Of a stretch of DNA of 64,000 nt, positions 1-9,485 are shown piece after piece (the first letter of the stretch is position 1; the number at the start of each line of letters is the position of its first letter). The notes under the pieces were generated by a model, which did not search any database, had not been told where the DNA came from, and saw nothing but the letters and a program-made list of their open reading frames with translations. The translations under genes were made by a program, and so were the position numbers. Origin of the DNA: Candidatus Latescibacterota bacterium (lineage in GTDB: Bacteria; Latescibacterota; UBA2968); NCBI GenBank assembly GCA_965116885.1, contig OZ220741.1, positions 2,656,001 to 2,720,000 on the forward strand. The letters are read 5' to 3'.

Positions 1-1263
1 GTTGCCGAGTGACGCGCCCCACGTCTGGCCCAGCAGGTCCAGGAGGATGTTCTGATTCTCCAGGCCCACCCCGATCGAGAGTGCCAGGCCCACCGCCAGA
101 GCCTTTCGATGGTCGAGACCGTCCTGAAAGACTGTCCTCATACCTTCCACGAAGAGCAGCCCCATTATCATCAACAGGAATGCCCCCATGACGTGACTGG
201 GAATTGTGAGCAGGATAGCCGCCGTCTTGGGTAAGAACGCCAGTCCGACTAAGATGCCCCCAATAATATATCCAACGCTGCGTGCTGCGACGCCAGTGAG
301 GGTGATGAGCGACACGCAGGAAGGCGAATAGATTATAGTGGGCAGCGTTCCTGCAATTCCGGATAGCAGCGCGCCCAGTCCGTTGGTGTTGAGCGTGCCC
401 TGGACCAGGCGGAAATCGGTCGCCTGTGGCCTGCGTCGCGAAATTTGTTGTATGACAACGCTATCGCCGCTGGTTTTGATGGCGACTACGAGACTCACAA
501 TCACGAACACTGGCAGAAGTGCCCAGAACTCCGCACCCGGTCTCAGATCGAGCCCCGCCCATGCTGCGATATCCGGCAGGTCAAACCAGGGCGCTTCGAT
601 TACTCGCTGAGCATCGTACAGTCCGAAGTATGCGGCGACCGCGCAACCCGCCGTGATTCCGATAAGTGGCGACCACAGCCGCCAAATCCCTGAGGCGCGC
701 AGTGCCAGTGCTACGGCGACGGTCAATGTCACTGCGGCACTGACTATACCCGCGGCCAGAGGCACCCCTTCGGGTACCTCTTTCAGCCTGTCGAATGCGA
801 TTGACATGACTGTGACTGCTATCAGCATGATCGCTGTACCTGAGACGACCGGCGTGATAATGCGCCGCAGCAACGGGAGCCATGCGGCCAGTGCGAACTG
901 CATCAGCGACGACACGACGATGAGACTCGCCAGCATGGACAGTTCGCCCTCCTTTAGTGCCAGGACAGAGATAGCTATGAAGTGGGGTCCGGCACCTGTC
1001 ATGAGCACTTGCCCTGCTCCCAGCCGTCCGACTCGACCAGCCTGTAGCGCAGTAATAGCACCACCAATTATAAGCGAGGAAAAGACGGCCCACGATAGGT
1101 AGTGTTCACTCTGGCCGGCCGCACGGAAGATGATGGTCACAAACAACACCGTGTTGGCCAGGGTGAGCATGACACCCTGAAAGGCGACGCCAATCGACAC
1201 TGAGGGAGGACACTGCTCGTCAGGCTCGTATTGGATGGTTTCACTTTTGTGTGCTATACTCAA
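1..1263 (-). CDS. NCS2 (xanthine/uracil permease) family transporter, 3' end runs off the window
   Basis: Not in the ORF track. Manual translation from TTG at 1263 (GGGAG RBS upstream) gives MSIAHKSETIQYEPDEQCPPSVSIGVAFQG...LRRIITPVVSGTAIMLIA...GTLPTIIYSPSCVSLITLTGVAARSVG...LALSIGVG. The segments I translated share one frame down to base 1 and follow the NCS2 TM pattern. Confidence 0.85.
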   Translation of the reverse strand, partial: MSIAHKSETIQYEPDEQCPPSVSIGVAFQGVMLTLANTVLFVTIIFRAAGQSEHYLSWAVFSSLIIGGAITALQAGRVGRLGAGQVLMTGAGPHFIAISVLALKEGELSMLASLIVVSSLMQFALAAWLPLLRRIITPVVSGTAIMLIAVTVMSIAFDRLKEVPEGVPLAAGIVSAAVTLTVAVALALRASGIWRLWSPLIGITAGCAVAAYFGLYDAQRVIEAPWFDLPDIAAWAGLDLRPGAEFWALLPVFVIVSLVVAIKTSGDSVVIQQISRRRPQATDFRLVQGTLNTNGLGALLSGIAGTLPTIIYSPSCVSLITLTGVAARSVGYIIGGILVGLAFLPKTAAILLTIPSHVMGAFLLMIMGLLFVEGMRTVFQDGLDHRKALAVGLALSIGVGLENQNILLDLLGQTWGASLGN

Positions 1264-1277
1264 AGATAGCTCCCAAT

Positions 1278-2558
1278 TCAAACTAATTCTGCGGGGTCGT
1301 TGATGCGCGCGCCTTCAGGGGCAGAAACTGCGCCTGCGAGCAGTGGGTCGTCGGTTGTTTCCATCCAGGTTTGGAGGCGATGGCGCAGGTCGTCTAACGC
1401 GTCCTGATATTTGGGGTCAGAGGCGAGGTTGTTGGTTTCATGGGGGTCAAAAATGAGGTCGTAGAGTTGTTCAGGGGGTTGGTTTTTCTGCCGCCAGCCC
1501 TGGTCGAGAAAGTAGGATTTGCTGGGGCTGCCGTCGCAGTTGATGTCGCCAGGGCGCAATGTGGGATACCAGTGGCGGATGTATTTCCATTTTTTTGTGC
1601 GAATGGCGCGTTGTGGGTCGTAATAGCTGTGGTAGTTGACTTCTGCGAAAATTTCATCGTGGATTTCATCTGTTTCTTCGCGGACGAGTGGCAGTATGGA
1701 TTTGCCTTGTAGCCAGTGTGGATGGTCTATGCCGATCACATCGCACAAGGTGGGGAAGAGGTCAATTTGAGAGACTATGCCGTCGATGACTTTGCCACCT
1801 GAAAAACCCGGTCCGCGCATGATGAGCATGACGCCGATGCCGTGATCGGTGAGGTTGCATTTCATCATGGGGAATGCGATGCCGTGGTCTGTGGTGCTGA
1901 TGACGATGGTGTTGTCGGATAGTCCGGCGCGATCTATGGCGTTGAGGACGCGCCCGACTTCGGTATCGAGGATGCGAACGCAGGTTTTGTATGCGGCGGT
2001 ATCGTACCGGGTTTCGGGGGTGTCGGGTAAGGGCGCGGGGGGTATGCAATAGCGCGGGTCGTCTTCTGGCTCTGGCTCGGGAAAGCTGCGGTGGGTGACG
2101 GTATATCCGACGTCGAGGAAGAAGGGCTTGTCATGGGATCGGTTGATGTATGCAATGGCTGCATCAGAGGTCGTCCGTTGATTTTTCGCTGTGTCGAATA
2201 TTTCGTCATAACCGATTTCCGAGGGATCGGCTGCGGGAGGGCGACCGACGTGCTGAAAACCCGATAGAGCGGTTGTGTAACCCGCTTTTTTGAGCGTTTG
2301 AACGAGGTGATGGCTGTAATCGTTGAGCCGAAAGCCGCGGTGGGCAAGCCCCAGCATGCCACAACTGTGGGGCCATTGTCCGGTCAGGAGTGCGGCTCGG
2401 CTCGGCGAGCAGGTCGGGTTGGCGCAAAATGCCTGGCGAAAGAGAACGCCCTGTTCGGCGAGGCGCTGAAAATTTGGAGTGGGCATGGCATGCCCAAAGG
2501 GCTGAATGTAGCGACCTGTGTCGTGAGAGTGGATGTAGAGGATGTTTGGATGGGGCAT
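1278..2558 (-). CDS. Cys-type sulfatase (sulfamidase-like)
   Basis: PNILYIHSHD, CSPSRAALLTG, TDHG and EQLYDL motifs. Confidence 0.93.
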   Translation of the reverse strand: MPHPNILYIHSHDTGRYIQPFGHAMPTPNFQRLAEQGVLFRQAFCANPTCSPSRAALLTGQWPHSCGMLGLAHRGFRLNDYSHHLVQTLKKAGYTTALSGFQHVGRPPAADPSEIGYDEIFDTAKNQRTTSDAAIAYINRSHDKPFFLDVGYTVTHRSFPEPEPEDDPRYCIPPAPLPDTPETRYDTAAYKTCVRILDTEVGRVLNAIDRAGLSDNTIVISTTDHGIAFPMMKCNLTDHGIGVMLIMRGPGFSGGKVIDGIVSQIDLFPTLCDVIGIDHPHWLQGKSILPLVREETDEIHDEIFAEVNYHSYYDPQRAIRTKKWKYIRHWYPTLRPGDINCDGSPSKSYFLDQGWRQKNQPPEQLYDLIFDPHETNNLASDPKYQDALDDLRHRLQTWMETTDDPLLAGAVSAPEGARINDPAELV

Positions 2559-2576
2559 TGCATTCTCCTGTGATTA

Positions 2577-3992
2577 TTACGTAGGGGATAGATATGCACG
2601 AAGGTGTTTGAGGGCGCGGCCGTTGTCTATTGTTTTTCGCGCCTGTTGAATGGCATCGTGGGGGGCGGCGGTGAAACCGAGCAGATGATCTGTGAGGGCT
2701 GCATTGAGTACGATGCGGTCGTAAACTGGTCCTTTTTCCCCAGAGAGGGCTGCAAGACCGAGTTTGGCAAAGGTCTGTGCATCGACGGCTTTGGGGCGTG
2801 GATTTTGTGTGTAGTGAAAGCCGTAAGTGGCGGGATTGATGTCGCAAGCATAGGTTTGATTGGCGCGAAAGCCCTGTGAAAAATTGATGGCGTTGCGCGT
2901 TTTGTCGGTGGGTTTTCCCAGGCGAAGGGAAAAGTGGCTGGTGCCTTCTTCTCCCTTGATCGCTACTGCAGATATAAACCCGGTCTCGCGTGCGATTTTC
3001 AGAAGGGGGATTTCGTATCCCGAATGGTAATAACCGATGACGATGTGATTGCTGCCAGCACAGGTGAAGAGTTGCTGCGCTTTTTCTGTGGCAGACCACG
3101 GGGGGCGTTTGCCTATGTGGGCGCGAAGGTCGCGGGCAGCGTAGGCCAATGGCGCATATTCGCGTTGGCTGATGTAGGCAAAACCGATCTCGGGATTTTC
3201 GAGTCGTTCGGCTGCTTCTGAAAGCGACAAATTGGTGCGGGCATTGAGGGCGTTGAGGATCAGTTCGTCGGTTACACCCCATTTGGGGGGCATGGCATCT
3301 ACACCGTGAAGCACGGTGGGACGACCAAGAGCCGCGCGCAGTGCCGCGACAAAAATGGTGGGTTTGAAGTAGCGGGTTGAGCCATTGTAGGGTTGACCAA
3401 AGTGGGTGAGGTTATTCACCTGTACTGCGTGGATGCGTTCGGGTGCAAAGGTCGAGTGGAGGTATCCTCGCACTTCGTCATAGGATTCGAGGTTCATGCG
3501 CTGGCCAATCAGCGCGGCACCTTTGAGGCTGCCGCGAACGCTTTCGGTGAGAATGGCTTCGCACATAAGGCGCGTTTGGTCGTAGGTGAGATGTCGTCCA
3601 GCGAGAATGGTTTTTAGCGAGGCAATGACGGTTTGCTCGTCGGGTGATTCTGCGGGACAGTGATCTTTAAAGCCGAAGATATACTGGAGGTCCGGTGGTA
3701 GGTGGATTTGTAGAAGGGGGGTATATTGTTCAAAGGCATTGATTTCAGTCTGGCTCCAGGCTGTTTTGGGCGGGTAATTGCGCCGCAGACGCATCGCTGC
3801 AAAAAAGGCTCCCATCTGGATATCGGAGACTGGATGATGCGCTTTGTTTTGTAGCGTATTGAGGATGGTATCCAGTACGGGCTGCGGCTGTGGATCGCCG
3901 GATTTGTTGCCCAGGGGACGAGATTGCGTGGGGCCTGTACACACGCGCGCCTGGGCTTCGAGGACGAGGGGGTTGGGATCGAATAGTGGCAT
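2577..3992 (-). CDS. Anthranilate phosphoribosyltransferase-like protein (glycosyltransferase family 3, YbiB/TrpD2-like)
   Basis: QMGAFFAAMR helical N-domain, LIGQRMN, PYNGSTR, LRAHIGKRPP, YHSGY, IKGEEG, IVLNAA. The canonical TrpD GTGGD motif is absent. Confidence 0.8.
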   Translation of the reverse strand: MPLFDPNPLVLEAQARVCTGPTQSRPLGNKSGDPQPQPVLDTILNTLQNKAHHPVSDIQMGAFFAAMRLRRNYPPKTAWSQTEINAFEQYTPLLQIHLPPDLQYIFGFKDHCPAESPDEQTVIASLKTILAGRHLTYDQTRLMCEAILTESVRGSLKGAALIGQRMNLESYDEVRGYLHSTFAPERIHAVQVNNLTHFGQPYNGSTRYFKPTIFVAALRAALGRPTVLHGVDAMPPKWGVTDELILNALNARTNLSLSEAAERLENPEIGFAYISQREYAPLAYAARDLRAHIGKRPPWSATEKAQQLFTCAGSNHIVIGYYHSGYEIPLLKIARETGFISAVAIKGEEGTSHFSLRLGKPTDKTRNAINFSQGFRANQTYACDINPATYGFHYTQNPRPKAVDAQTFAKLGLAALSGEKGPVYDRIVLNAALTDHLLGFTAAPHDAIQQARKTIDNGRALKHLRAYLSPT

Positions 3993-3998
3993 AGATGG

Positions 3999-4027
3999 AA
4001 AGTATTGCGGGGATGCGGTGTTGTCAA
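3999..4027 (-). promoter_or_regulatory. Sigma70-type promoter, probably giving a leaderless mRNA
   Basis: TTGACA-17 nt-TACTTT, with only 6 nt (CCATCT) before the ATG at 3992 and no SD. Confidence 0.6.
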
Positions 4028-4179
4028 GAGATTGAAAACGCGAAGGGAAAGTGCAAGGGGAAAGTCACGGAGGGTGTAAAAGTGCTATACATCCCCCCAA
4101 TTTGTTTGTATTATGTTTCTCATTAGTCTCACTTCGTGTTTCGTTGGAGAGTATAAATTAGAAACTGAGGAATTTTCCA

Positions 4180-5730
4180 ATGTTTTTCAGATGTTCTCGT
4201 TTCGCTTTTCTGATGGGACTGTTTCTGTCCCGTGATGCATTTGCACAGGATGCTTTGGCTGGCGAGTCGTCTGGCGCGATACAGATGGTTATTGACGTAT
4301 TGAATGCAGGCTTAGATGCGATAACCAATTTTCTATCTTCGATTATATTTTTTGATTTTGGCCTGGGTCTTCCACTCGTCATTATTGTGCTCGTAGGTGG
4401 TGGCATTTATTATTCTTTTTATTGTCGCTGGATCTCTCTGCGCGGAATGAAACATTCGATTGATGTGATTCGCGGAGGGTATGACAATCCGGATCATCCC
4501 GGTGAAATTTCGCATTTTAAGGCATTGACCAGTGCGTTGTCTGCCACTGTGGGCCAGGGGAATATCGCGGGTGTAGCGATTGCGGTGAGTTCTGGGGGCC
4601 CTGGTGCTGTTTTCTGGATGATTGTCACAGCTTTTTTTGGTATGGCGTCCAAGTTTGTATCCTGTACTCTGTCGGTGATGTACAGAAGAATCTATCCCGA
4701 TGGGCGCGTGTCGGGTGGTCCGATGTACTATCTGGAACAGGGCTTAAAAGAAAAAGGACTTGGGATTTTGGGGCGCGTGATGGCCGTGATTTTTGCCGTG
4801 TTGACAGTTGGCGGTTCTCTGGGCATCGGCAATATGTTTCAGGTGAATCAGACAGTTGAAATGCTCGGCACTGTATCCGAGGGATTTAAGACCTATAACT
4901 GGGTTGTTGGACTTTTAATGGCAGGGGTGGTGGGCGTTGTCATTAGTGGAGGCATTAAGCGCATTGGCACTGTCACAGCGGGCATTGTACCCTTCATGTG
5001 TGGATTGTACGTGCTCACATCCTTTCTCATTATTCTCGCGCGTATTACCGAATTGCCCAATCTGATTGTGAATATCATTTCCCAGGCGTTTATACCCGAA
5101 GCCATGTATGGTGGCTTCATGGGCGCTCTGGTTCAAGGGGTACGCAGGGCGGCTTTTTCCAACGAAGCGGGGTTGGGGTCTGCGGCATTTGCCCATGCGG
5201 CAGCCAAAACCGATGAACCCGTGCGTCAGGGGATAGTGGCGATGATTGGACCATTTATTGACACCGTTATTATATGTTTAATGACGGCATTGGTTTGTAT
5301 GATTACGGGTGCGTATCTGTTGCCCGAATTTCAAGGGCAAAGTGGATATCTCGTGGGAATCCAGATGACATCTGTGGCATTTGATTCGTTCGCGCCCGGG
5401 TCGCGTTATGTCATCGCAATTGTGGCAATGTTCTTTGCCTATACGACGGTGATCGCGTGGGCATATTACGGCGAGCGAGCGTGGGAATATCTTTTTGGAT
5501 TGCGATCTACTCTGACGTATCGAATTGTTTTTGTGTGTTTTGTATTTATCGGGTCTGTCACCGCGCTAAAGAGCGTGGTCGATTTTTCCGACGCGATGAT
5601 TTTTGCAATGGCGTTTCCGAATATTGTCGGCTGTATTATTATGTGTCCGCAGATCAAAAACAGGCTCAACGAATACTGGGGGCGTTACAAGGCGGGTGAG
5701 ATAAAGGCGTATCCGAGGAACACATATTGA
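4180..5730 (+). CDS. Alanine/glycine:cation symporter (AGCS/AlsT family)
   Basis: ALSATVGQGNIAGVA, GGPGAVFWM, GGPMYYL, FSNEAGLGSA and GPFIDT motifs. Confidence 0.95.
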   Translation: MFFRCSRFAFLMGLFLSRDAFAQDALAGESSGAIQMVIDVLNAGLDAITNFLSSIIFFDFGLGLPLVIIVLVGGGIYYSFYCRWISLRGMKHSIDVIRGGYDNPDHPGEISHFKALTSALSATVGQGNIAGVAIAVSSGGPGAVFWMIVTAFFGMASKFVSCTLSVMYRRIYPDGRVSGGPMYYLEQGLKEKGLGILGRVMAVIFAVLTVGGSLGIGNMFQVNQTVEMLGTVSEGFKTYNWVVGLLMAGVVGVVISGGIKRIGTVTAGIVPFMCGLYVLTSFLIILARITELPNLIVNIISQAFIPEAMYGGFMGALVQGVRRAAFSNEAGLGSAAFAHAAAKTDEPVRQGIVAMIGPFIDTVIICLMTALVCMITGAYLLPEFQGQSGYLVGIQMTSVAFDSFAPGSRYVIAIVAMFFAYTTVIAWAYYGERAWEYLFGLRSTLTYRIVFVCFVFIGSVTALKSVVDFSDAMIFAMAFPNIVGCIIMCPQIKNRLNEYWGRYKAGEIKAYPRNTY

Positions 5731-5762
5731 TAACACTTATACCGGCTATAGTATAAAAAAAG

Positions 5763-5805
5763 AGTCAAAAAAAGATTTGACTTTCGCATAGACAAGTAAT
5801 ATTTT
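5763..5805 (+). promoter_or_regulatory. Sigma70-type promoter with a palindrome overlapping the -35 box
   Basis: TTGACT(5777)-17 nt-TATTTT(5800); inverted repeat AGTCAAA-N6-TTTGACT at 5763-5782. Confidence 0.55.
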
Positions 5806-5947
5806 AGCTGAGCTTCTCAATTCCCTGCAAGAATATATCTCGCTATGGGGCGCAATAGCTCTTGACCGAATTGAGTGTGTTTGTTTTTTGCACGCGATGT
5901 GCGGCAAGAGCTTCCGTAGATAATTTCACACATCAGGATATAGGTCC

Positions 5948-6286
5948 ATGGAGATTAAAACCCAAAGAGAAAATGGCATTTTAATCGCGAACGTGAATGG
6001 CCGGGTTGATAGTGCCAATGCCCGCGAGTTCGAAAATGTATTAAGTTCTGCAATCAGTGACGACGATTCCTGCGTGGTCGTAGATTTTGGAGGGCTTTCT
6101 TACATTAGTAGCTCGGGCCTGCGGGTCATTTTGCTGGTTGCCAAGTCACTCCGGAATCGCAATGCGGAATTCGCGCTTTGCTCGCTTTCTGGTCCCATCG
6201 GAGAGGTCTTCAAAATCAGCGGATTTGACAAGATCATTTCGATCTACGACTCACAGGCAGAGGCTTGTGCCGCTCTGGGCGGATAA
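5948..6286 (+). CDS. STAS-domain anti-sigma factor antagonist (RsbV/SpoIIAA-like)
   Basis: GRVDS, DFGGLSYISSSGLRVIL phosphoserine motif, VFKISGFD. Confidence 0.95.
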   Translation: MEIKTQRENGILIANVNGRVDSANAREFENVLSSAISDDDSCVVVDFGGLSYISSSGLRVILLVAKSLRNRNAEFALCSLSGPIGEVFKISGFDKIISIYDSQAEACAALGG

Positions 6287-6386
6287 TTCGCTCTATCGCA
6301 CAAGCCATAGATGAGAGTTTGGCGTATCTCATCTCACCTGTTGCACAGACCGATTTAGCTCGCCAGGCTTACTGTGTGCTTTCTCC

Positions 6387-6428
6387 AATCGGATTGCAAG
6401 CGCTATCAGACCCACCAATCCGATTTTC
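6387..6428 (+). terminator. Hairpin / possible terminator after the STAS gene
   Basis: Perfect 10-bp inverted repeat AATCGGATTG-N19-CAATCCGATT followed by a short T run. Confidence 0.35.
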
Positions 6429-6727
6429 GTGTGTATCTGGTCCATAGATCACTTTCCAGGGTATTTCTCATGCCCCGTATATTCGCTTCCAAAACCTCCC
6501 GAATAACAGCCAACCTTCTACCTGGTGTCGCGCAGTTTGTCATTACAAAATGATCGGTCTGGCATTTATCTACTTTAGTAACTCTCCCCGGAACCCTTTC
6601 CACACAAGTGAGTAAAAAAAATAGGTCCATTAAGCGAGGACTTTTGCTATCGCAACCATTGTGCTCCAATCAAAGAATGCTTAACATCAGTATAAGTAAG
6701 ACACCATTAATCGTAAGAGGCGCATAT

Positions 6728-7897
6728 ATGAAAAAGGCGCAATACAAAATACTCGTAGTTGATGACGAACCCGATCTCGAACATCTCGTGAGGCAGCGCA
6801 TGCGGCGCGATGTTCGCGCTGGGCACTACGAATTCGTCTTTGCTTACAACGGCGTTGAGGCTCTCGAGGTGCTGAACGCGGATCCGGATATCGATATGGT
6901 GCTTTCGGACATCAATATGCCGCGGATGGATGGCCTCACCTTGCTCGAACAGATGCCGCAGGTTGATCCAGACCTCCGGGCTGTCATTGTCTCGGCTTAT
7001 GGCGATATGAAAAATATCCGTACGGCCATGAATCGGGGGGCGTTCGACTTTGTTACCAAGCCCATTGATTTTCAGGATTTGAGGGTCACTATTGAGCGCA
7101 CTTTGGAACACCTGAAGCTGTGGCGCGAGGCTGTGGCTTCGCGGGATAAGTTGGTGGCACTGCAAAACGAGCTTCGCGTTGCCCATGAGATGCAGCAGTC
7201 GATCCTGCCGAAGACCTTTCCCGACAAACCGGGCTATCAGCTATTTGGAAACATGGAGCCTGCACGCGAAGTGGGCGGTGATTTTTTTGATATTATCAAT
7301 CTGGAAAATGACTGTGTCGGTCTGGCAATTGCCGATGTTTCCGATAAGGGTGTACCGGCTGCGCTGTTCATGATGTCCAGTCGCACGTTGATGAAAGGAG
7401 CTGCAATTGGCAGATCGAATCCGGCCGAGGTGTTGAGCGAGGTCAATAGTCTCCTGCAGGAAGACAACGACGCAGCGATGTTTGTCACTGTATTTTACGC
7501 CGAATACAATCCGGAGAATGGGGTGCTGTCTTACGCCAACGGAGGGCACAATCCCCCGATTGTCGTCCATGCAGATGGCAGCTCGACTGTGCTCCCCCAG
7601 ACCAACGGAATTGCTCTGGGTATCATGCCAGATATTAAATACGAACAAAACTCAGTCACTCTGTCGCCTGGCGATGCCCTCGTGCTCTACACAGATGGTG
7701 TCACCGAAGCCATGAATGCCCAGAATGAGGAGTTTGAGATGGAGCGCTTGTGTGCCGTATTGTCCGAGCATTGTTCGTGTGATGTCCGCGAAATTAATCA
7801 GGCGGTTTTTCAAGCTGTGCAGGCATTTGCGGGTGATATGCCCCAGTTCGACGATATGACCTGTATGACACTTTTTTGCAGAGAGATAGGAATATGA
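6728..7897 (+). CDS. Response regulator receiver + PP2C/SpoIIE phosphatase (RsbU/RsbY-like)
   Basis: ILVVDDEPD, SDINMPRMDG and FVTKP receiver motifs; VGGDFFD, ADVSDKG, YTDGVTEA and DDMT PP2C motifs. Start moved to ATG 6728 (AGAGG RBS). Confidence 0.95.
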   Translation: MKKAQYKILVVDDEPDLEHLVRQRMRRDVRAGHYEFVFAYNGVEALEVLNADPDIDMVLSDINMPRMDGLTLLEQMPQVDPDLRAVIVSAYGDMKNIRTAMNRGAFDFVTKPIDFQDLRVTIERTLEHLKLWREAVASRDKLVALQNELRVAHEMQQSILPKTFPDKPGYQLFGNMEPAREVGGDFFDIINLENDCVGLAIADVSDKGVPAALFMMSSRTLMKGAAIGRSNPAEVLSEVNSLLQEDNDAAMFVTVFYAEYNPENGVLSYANGGHNPPIVVHADGSSTVLPQTNGIALGIMPDIKYEQNSVTLSPGDALVLYTDGVTEAMNAQNEEFEMERLCAVLSEHCSCDVREINQAVFQAVQAFAGDMPQFDDMTCMTLFCREIGI

Positions 7898-8316
7898 AGG
7901 TGAAACGTTCTCTATGTATTGCGTCGGATCTCAGCGAGTTGGATCGGCTGCACGATGCCGTGGCAGAACTCGGCGAAGCGGGAGATTGGCCTCCCGATCT
8001 CGTGTACCAGGTTGATCTCGTCCTCGAAGAATTGATCGTCAATACTGTGAACTATGGATACGACGACGATGCACGCCATGAGATTGAGGTCACGCTGACC
8101 TCGGATGAGGATGTCTTCACCGTTGAGATTATAGACGACGGGCATGCCTTCAATCCACTGAGTGACGCCCCCGAACCAGACCTGGACGCGGGGATAGAAG
8201 ATCGGCCGATAGGGGGGCTTGGCATCCATCTGATGCGCGTTATGATGGACGATGTACACTATCGTCGCGAGCAGAATAAGAATCATCTTACTCTGATTAA
8301 GCGGAGGAATGGATGA
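7894..8316 (+). CDS. Anti-sigma factor / serine kinase (RsbW-like, HATPase_c_2)
   Basis: LVLEELIVNTVNYG, DDGHAFNP, GGLGIHL; ATGA overlap with the upstream stop. Confidence 0.93.
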   Translation: MKVKRSLCIASDLSELDRLHDAVAELGEAGDWPPDLVYQVDLVLEELIVNTVNYGYDDDARHEIEVTLTSDEDVFTVEIIDDGHAFNPLSDAPEPDLDAGIEDRPIGGLGIHLMRVMMDDVHYRREQNKNHLTLIKRRNG

Positions 8317-9485
8317 GGACTACGCGCTACAGTTGTGCGGTTTTACTAATCTTCTTGCTGATTGTAGGGATCAGTGCGGAAGAATCCGGAATTTCTGACG
8401 AGCGCATCCTTTTTGGGCAGTCCGCCGCCTTTAGTGGCCCCGCTCAAGAACTGGGTAAGGACATGCGGATTGGTATTGAGGCAGCTTTTCAGGAGGCCAA
8501 CGCGCGGGGCGGCGTGCATGGTCGGCAACTCACGTTGTTGTCTCTCGACGATGCGTACGAACCCGAAGCTGCTATCACCAATACCCGTCGTCTGATTGAA
8601 CAGGAAGGGGTTTTCGCGCTGATCGGTGCTGTCGGTACGCCTACATCGCTCTCTGCCACCCCTGTGGCCGCAGCTGCTGACGTCCCCTATGTCGCCCCCT
8701 TTACCGGTGCTGCCTTCTTGCGTGAAGATAGGTGGCAAAACGTGATTAACCTGCGGGCGTCTTATAACCAGGAAACCGAGGCTATGGTCGCTCGCTTGAC
8801 CACAGACCTGGGCATTAAGCGCATTGCCGTTATGTACCAGGATGACTCTTTTGGTCGGGCGGGTTATCGCGGCGTGCGGCAGGCACTTGAGCGGCGTAGC
8901 ATGGAACCTGTGGCAATAGGGGTGTACCAGCGCAATACCACGGCGGTGAAGACGGGTCTGCTCAACCTGCATAGTGCAAACCCCGATGCAGTCATCCTGA
9001 TAGGGGCCTACCGGCCGGTGGCAACGCTGATTGCCTGGGCGCGACACATAGGGCTGGATCCCGTATTCATGACCATCTCTTTTGTGGGCAGCAATGCATT
9101 GGCCAGGGAACTCGGTCGCGGTGGTGCTGGGGTCTTCGTTACTCAGGTCGTACCCTTTCCAACAGATAACACGCCCCCCGTTGGTATTGCCTATCGCCGT
9201 GCTCTGACGGCCCACGCCCCCGAAGCGACTCCTGGCTTTGTCTCATACGAAGGCTATTTGGCGGGGCGATTGGCTATCGCCGCTCTCGAACGTTGTGGGG
9301 CAGAGGTTAACCGCACCCGGTTTCTCAACAGTTTGCGCGGTGCGGATACTATTGATCTGGACGGCTTTGAACTTCGCTATGGCGCCACTGACAATCAGGG
9401 TTCAGACGCTGTTTTTCTCACCGTGATTGGCACAGAGGGCAGTTATCGCTCGATCCAAACTCTGCGGGACGCAATAAAGCCATGA
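8313..9485 (+). CDS. Periplasmic binding protein type 1 (LivJ/branched-chain amino acid-like)
   Basis: Signal peptide, GQSAAFSGP, GGVHGR, DDAYEP, IGAVGTPT, YQDDSFG; ATGA overlaps on both sides. Confidence 0.9.
   Translation: MRTTRYSCAVLLIFLLIVGISAEESGISDERILFGQSAAFSGPAQELGKDMRIGIEAAFQEANARGGVHGRQLTLLSLDDAYEPEAAITNTRRLIEQEGVFALIGAVGTPTSLSATPVAAAADVPYVAPFTGAAFLREDRWQNVINLRASYNQETEAMVARLTTDLGIKRIAVMYQDDSFGRAGYRGVRQALERRSMEPVAIGVYQRNTTAVKTGLLNLHSANPDAVILIGAYRPVATLIAWARHIGLDPVFMTISFVGSNALARELGRGGAGVFVTQVVPFPTDNTPPVGIAYRRALTAHAPEATPGFVSYEGYLAGRLAIAALERCGAEVNRTRFLNSLRGADTIDLDGFELRYGATDNQGSDAVFLTVIGTEGSYRSIQTLRDAIKP

Noticed and set aside
9..1102. Short ORF-track calls at the window start (for example 581-1093 and 653-1102)
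   Set aside because: Shadow frames of the NCS2 permease on the minus strand (1-1263).
2206..3282. 358 aa alternative-frame ORF
   Set aside because: Arg/Pro-rich with no motifs; overlaps two well-supported genes.
4075..4091. TGTAA-N7-ATACA, resembling a TnrA/GlnR or NtcA box upstream of the AGCS gene
   Set aside because: One mismatch to TGTNA-N7-TNACA, wrong spacing for NtcA, single copy, and no such regulator seen.
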